Below, piece after piece: positions 57,500 through 64,000 of a DNA stretch of 64,000 nucleotides. Source of the DNA: Chrysomallon squamiferum (Eukaryota > Animalia > Mollusca); the NCBI GenBank assembly GCA_012295275.1, contig CM022672.1, forward strand, positions 10,726,001-10,790,000, written 5' to 3'. Below the pieces are notes generated by a model that made no database searches, was not told the origin of the DNA, and saw only the letters and a list, made by a program, of their open reading frames with translations. Made by a program: the position numbers and the translations under genes. Each line of letters opens with the position of its first letter. Within the stretch, counting starts at the first letter, position 1.

Positions 57500-57544
57500 A
57501 GTGCTTTCAGCAGTTGAGAAGAAGAAGTATTCCTGTAATGATTG
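57500..57544 (+). CDS. 45-nt symmetric exon (ECFQQLRRRSIPVMI)
   Basis: Acceptor ttaatttttactcccag, donor TTG|GTAACT; phase 1 to 1, open frame, purine-rich GAAGAAGAAG enhancer-like core. Confidence 0.65.
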
Positions 57545-57649
57545 GTAACTTTTAACATTTTATCTTTCACAGCATTTCATTCTGCAAAATTAGTTACTAA
57601 CAGCAGCTTGTTACCATTCTATTTTTGCATTTTATCTTACTGTATTATA

Positions 57650-58330
57650 GCACTTGATAGTTGAAGTTTTGTCATAGCACTCTCTTGTAGAAACTGCTAC
57701 TTAGTCTTGTAGTGAAGTATCTCTGTCATAGCTCTTTTTATTAAAGCTCTGTCATAACATTCTGTTGTTGAAACTCTTTTTTTTGCTGTATGTTGTTTAA
57801 GTTCTGTCATAATATTCTATTACTGAAGCTCTGTTTCAACTCCATTTTATTGAAGCTCTGTCATAATATTTGCTTCCTGGATCTCTATCATAGCTCTGTA
57901 TTATTGAATACTCTGTCATTATGTTGTCCACACTGTATCATAGTTAGCACTGTATTAGTGATGCTACATTACAGACAGATCTGTAGTGTTGATGATGTTG
58001 TATCATTGCTAGAAGTGCATGTTGATGTTGTGTCATAGCTATAGCTGTATGTTGATGTTGTGTCATAGCTATAGCTGTATGTTGATAATGTGTCATGGCT
58101 AGAGTTATAATATTGATGCTCTGTCATTGAAAGAGCTGCAATATGGATGTAGTACATGGGCAGAGATCTTGGTAGACTTGTGGAGAACATGTTTTGCCTT
58201 GGCTAGAACTGCTGTTTTTATTATTATGTTTCAGTTGCAATGTTGATGTTGTATCATGATTAAAGTTGTAATGTTGATGTTGTATTATAACTAGAGCAGT
58301 GCTGTTGATGTTGTAGTGTGATTAAAGAGT
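57650..58330. repeat. Degenerate ~30-bp minisatellite
   Basis: Recurrent ctctgtcata and gttgatgttgtgtcatagctatagctgtat. Confidence 0.75.
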
Positions 58331-60474
58331 GTACTGTAGCACAGTAGTATTGTTAAGTATGGTTGGGTTTTATATCTGTGTGTGTGTGTGTGTGTGTGTG
58401 TGTCTCTTTGTGTTTTCTTTTGTCTCTCTTTTTCTCTCACTCTCAGTAAATCTCTTTTTCTGTCTTTCTCTTGCTCTTTCTCTGTTTTTCTCTCACTCAG
58501 TTTATTTCTCACACTAAAGTGCACATATGTAATTATTACCTGATATCAAGATACAAAACAAAAAATGCACCAGATGTTTAAGCACTGAGGCACATGTATG
58601 ATTTTTATCTGCACAATAACCTGCATTTCATAAAAAAGACAAAGATCTTTTTTTTTTTAAATTAATATTACCCATAACTAAAAAAAATAGAACAAATATA
58701 CACTTTTGGTTAAAACTATTTTTAATATCTGTTGGAATTATCTGTATATTTATCTGTGGTGCAGGTTATATCTAAATAATTGTTTGTTGTTGTTTTTTTT
58801 AATTTTAAATATATATATATTTTTTTTTTTTTAAGGTCAGAAAATTCTTTAATCTACATACTTACAATTATCATTTCATTGTTTGTATCTTTGAATATTT
58901 AAAATATTTTAATGTTAATTTTAAAAGGCGTTTTATTGTTGTTGTTGTTGTTTTAGAACTTTTCTGAATAAATATTTTAACTAAAAAAAAAATTTACATA
59001 GTGGTTAAGAATAAATATATATACTGTTAATAAATATCAATATTTTTTTACCAATTATGAATATTTTGTATGTTTTTATATACAAGTTTCAGATAATCTA
59101 TTTAAACTTTTAATTAGGTAATATTTAAATATCAGTAATGTTTACCAGATAATACATGATGTTCATGAATATCAATACTTTTGACATTCATGAATATTTT
59201 TCATGTAAATTAATTTTATTTTATTAATTCTTTTTAATTAACATTCAGGATACTGTTATATACATGTCAACAGTTAAAAAGAATACTGATCAAAATTTTT
59301 AATATTTCTCTATCAGAATTTTTTATTTTTGTTTATTAAGTACAAAATTATTTTATTTTTATTTTTATTTTTGTTCTTGTTGGGTTTTTTTTTTTTTGTA
59401 TTCCAGTAATATTAATTTTATATTTTCTCAATGAATACTAACATTTTAATTTAATTTTTCATTGTTTCTGTGTCTGTCTTTTCCTTCTTGTCCTCTCTCT
59501 TTCCTTACTTTTTTCTCTCATATGTTAAAGTGTATACATTTATAAAGTTCTGATGATCATTCTTCAGTCCATTAAATTATTAATCATTATTCTACAATTT
59601 TATTTTGTTTTTGTTTTTTTAATTCTTTTATTTATTTATTTTAATTAATTTAATTTATTTATTTTGATTCTTTTATTTTATTTTATGTATTTATTTATTT
59701 ATTTATTTATTAATTTTTAATTTATTTATTCATTTATTCATTTATTTATTTTGTTTATTATATTTATTTTAAAAATGTTTTGCGAAAAAAGGTTCTTCAA
59801 TATATATTTTTTTATACATATTTACCTGCAAATTGAATGTGTATTTTCATTTTTATATATACTGTAGTGTTTTTGTATGTAAATGTGTATGTCCATATGA
59901 ACCTGAATGTATATGGTACTTTCAGTCAGATATATATTCTGAGTTCACTGTAAGTTATCAAACAGTATAGAAGAACAGTGTGAAGTATGTTCATAACTTA
60001 CACATAGGTTATTGATCTCAGTTCTAAACACACGACCAGCAATAAGTGAACACATATATACAACAGAGAAAGTATCAAGACAAAGCATAATACATGCATG
60101 TAAGAAAATCTACCTCATGAATTATAGCTTCTGTCATTTTATAGAAACTTGGAATAGTGTCAGCTTGGTTGTAAGATCAATTCCCAACACTGAATGATAT
60201 TGACTTGTTTATTTTTATGTTGAGTTTGGTCACAGGTGTGAAAATGTTACATACAACTTTACTTTCTCTTTATTTTAAATTGTTAATTTTTTTTTTTTTT
60301 TTTTTTTTTACTAAGTAAATGATGAGTACATACACTAAGTTAATCTAAACACTTTTGATGAGTGTCCATGCAGAAATTTAAATATTTCAAACACACCACA
60401 AACACCAAAATTTTAAAAAATCAAAAAATATAATAAAAAACAGTAAATAGTGCACACACACACATATATAGAAA

Positions 60475-60557
<83 letters not shown>

Positions 60558-62016
60558 CTCTCTCTGTCTAACATAGTTCTTTCTGTCTCCAAACACACAT
60601 ACATAGAGAAACATCTATATCTGTCTCTCTCACATTCAAAATACACAATTAGAAAAGTAACTATTTTTCTTTCTTTCTAATACACATAAACTATACCAAG
60701 ATAAATAAATCTTTCTCTCTTTCTCTCTATCTCTCTCACACACAAACATACACACACACACACATACACACATACACACACACACACATTTAACTATCTC
60801 TCTCCCTCTCTGAAACCAACAAAAACACACAGATCAACATTTTTTGGTTGAAATCACTAATTACTCATTAGACATCATGTTAATTACCATATCACCTTTG
60901 TTTCTTCATCTCAGTTAGCAGTGCAAACTGTCACTGTCCATTATCCTCTCTCTGTTTTCTTTGACATTACTGCTGATGTACTCTGCACTCTTCACTAAGC
61001 ACAGATCTCCAGTAAGCAGAAGATAAAACAAAACTGTTATCTCAATACTTAACTTGAGTGACACCAAGTCCCAAAACCAACATGGCCATTCTTGATCAAT
61101 AATTCAAAAAAAAAAAAAAATTAAATCTTTAATTCTAAATACTTTTTAACAAGTATTATTTACTCTTCTGGTATTTATATCAATACATTTTCTTTTTTTT
61201 AAATTCTCTGGTTTATTAGTTTAATCTGTTCAGTTCATACATACAGTACTTTTGGTTTTAAGGTCTGTTTTTTTTGCGTTGTGTTGAAGTGAAATTTTTA
61301 TTATTCTGGTTGTCTTGTTTATAATCAGGCTAATATTGGTGATATATTTATATATGAAAGAAGTAAATTACAGGTGTTAATGCAAAGTGCACTGGATTTG
61401 AGAGAATTTTCAATCTCAATCTGCATTTTCTTACTGGATCAGTGGTGGATTTTTTTTATTGTTTTTTAATTCTGTTTTTGTTAAGAGTAGGGCAGTAACA
61501 TTAAAGCCTTTTATTTGATAACAATCACTAATTACGTGTAAGCAGATAATACTTTCTACATGACCTGCTCTCACTGTTCACTTTGAATGCTACAGAACAA
61601 TGACACTGAATAAGGTCAAGAATTAACTGCACAGATTTCACTGTTTACTGAATCTCCATTTGACTGCACTCTGTCAGACTGGAAGGACATTACACAGGAA
61701 TTCAACTAAGAGAAATGCTTTCAGGATGATTTTTTGTAACTTGGAGAAGTGTTTTCGTCATTTTTTGGATAATTTTGTAAATTGGAAAAGGAAAAGTGTT
61801 TTCGTCATTGTTAAGATGATGTTTTAAACTTGGAGAAGTGTTTGCTTTATTTTGGGATGATCTGAATGATTTTAGTTTCACTCTTATGATTTAACAGTTT
61901 TGACACCAAAGTGTTCATTTTATTGACATTTACAAAATAAGATTTCTTGTGTTTTGTTGGATGTGCCATCTGGTTATAAGACTGAAAGGATTTTATATAG
62001 TGGTCAGACTTAATTA

Positions 62017-62050
<34 letters not shown>

Positions 62051-62201
62051 GCAGTAGTAAGTTTGAGAGTCAGGAAAAAGTGTGGCTTTGAAACTCAACT
62101 AATTTATTTTTTATCAGTTATAGTTGGTTTTCAAATATTTGGTGTAGTTACAAAATTTCTTTTTTGAACAATTTGAAAAAAAAAGAAAAGAAAAAAACAT
62201 T

Positions 62202-62406
62202 ATGGAGATTTCTAATTCATGGGTGTATCTGAGTGACCACTGGATGGACATGTCCACTACTTGGTCACTGCTGAACAGTTCTTGGGATATCATAGAGCTA
62301 GATGAATTTTCACTCCAAAGATTTTCACCTCTGTCCCTGGAACAGTATCAGAGAGATCTTCTCTTCAGATGGTTTGGTTCCTTATCACACTGGCAGGACG
62401 AAATGG
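62202..62406 (+). CDS. Candidate alternative first coding exon (MEISNSWVYLSDHWMDMSTTWSLLNSSWDIIELDE...WQDEM)
   Basis: Non-repetitive 68-codon open frame, GC-richer than its flanks, with an A-rich leader. Ends ATG G|GTAGGT in phase 1, the same phase as the upstream donors at 53483, 54164 and 57544. Confidence 0.55.
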
Positions 62407-62913
62407 GTAGGTGAAATATATTTCAAAGACTGAGTAACGTTTTTCTCGTAAACTCAGTTTATTTATAACTAAGTGAAGATTGTTAAGGTATGTCATGGCT
62501 ATAAATTGATTTAATTTCAGCTAAGTTGTGATTTTATTTAAACAGTTTTCAGTCTATCTCATATTTTTTTTTATACAGTTTCAAAAATAATAATGATAAC
62601 AATTATGATGATTATTATGATGATGATGATGATGAAAAAATAATATTAATGATAATAATGATAATGATTATTTAATGATAATATTAATAATAAATTTGAT
62701 GATGATAATAACAACAACACAATAACAATAACAATATAATAATAAAGATAATAATAATAATAATAGTAGTAATAGTAGTAATAATAAGAATTATTATCTA
62801 CTGATTTTAGATTATAAAAGGTCTCACAGCACGTTACTTTGTTCTAAATGTGTTAAAATATAGAATTTATTTATTTATTTACTAATTTATTTATAATAAT
62901 AATAATAATAAAA

Positions 62914-62947
<34 letters not shown>

Positions 62948-64000
62948 TATGATGATAATAATCAAGGTAAAGTTATGACAATTCTCTATCATGATTTTAT
63001 CACAGCTATTTCTAGACTGCTAAACCATGTCAAGGCTGCAGTTCTGATAACATGTATTTACAATTTCTCCACTGCAAGGCTATTGTCACAACTGAATTAC
63101 AATATTTCTCGTATTTCAAAACACATTAAAGCAATGTACCATAAAGGCTTTTTACTGATGAAGGCTAACTCAAGCTAAAAAAAAAATTAAAAAAATTATG
63201 CATTGAATACATCTTCAAATTTAATTTTCTTAAATATCTTGTGAATTATTTTTCTGTATTCTCTGTTTTAAATATCATTTTATTGTCAGACTTTATTATT
63301 TGCAAAGTTTTAGTGAGGAATTTCATATCATGATATCATCTTATTGTACATCTGACCTGGAAATTTTTTTTCATTGGTTTGTTCTTTATAATATTCCATT
63401 CCGGTCATGGCTCTATGACGTCCTTATTAAAGGCCATTTCTTTCCACCCAGTGGGAAGGTGCATATTAAATGTCTTTTACTGTTATTCATCAAAAATATA
63501 TGCAAACCTAAGAAAAATAAATAATAATAAATAAATAAATAAATAAATAATTACGTATATACATACACGTAAATTCATGCATATGTACATACCTACATAC
63601 ACACACACACACACACACAACACATTTCCTTTAATCAGACTTTATTATTGAATAATTATAACAGATTTTTTTTATATTAAAACAACATCTGTTGCCACTT
63701 GCTGATAACTGTAAATTTAAATTTCCAAAGGTAAATTGCATTACTACATTATCAAATAATTATAGCACCTAGTAGTGGACAGATATTTTATTTGTCATGC
63801 AAACTGTGAAAAGATAGCAACATTGGCTTGATTCTGAAGTCCAGTAATTCTTACTGACCACAGTGCACTTTTATCTCTGGACAGTGACCAGTGGCTTGTT
63901 TGTTTACTTATTTGCTGGACAGGTACAGTCAGCTGGTTAATATTGTGATGATTGTGTGTATTTCTGTGTATGTAAGAAGGTTACTGTACAAGGTTTCTTT

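Overview
This is very AT-rich, microsatellite-dense eukaryotic DNA. It is probably an invertebrate and possibly a mollusc, which I infer from SINE-like fragments. It is not prokaryotic, and nearly all ORFs in the supplied track are simple-repeat artefacts. Reading splice signals by hand recovers the 5' part of one + strand gene with coding exons at 33550-33601, 38194-38371, 45883-45955, 52591-52656 and 53315-53483. All have GT-AG boundaries, phases match, and there are no stops. They encode an N-terminal PH domain (MAGWTSLSGYLFFKQGGALGRLKSRKKMWC...SMMIWLLALQAKR), most reminiscent of the TBC1D2/Armus family, followed by a Ser/Arg-rich linker. The gene continues beyond the window. Its most interesting property is an apparently modular isoform architecture: (i) a 54-nt symmetric exon encoding a 14-3-3 mode-1 motif (RSRSLP), present in two identical copies inside an otherwise diverged ~1.2-kb duplication; (ii) a 45-nt symmetric exon encoding RRRS; (iii) two related 24-codon candidate alternative first exons that would delete the PH domain; (iv) a candidate alternative first exon carrying three LIR-like motifs. 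These isoforms are predictions from sequence only. The rest of the window is micro- and minisatellites, decayed SINE and DNA-transposon fragments, local duplications, and candidate 5'UTR exons and regulatory sites.
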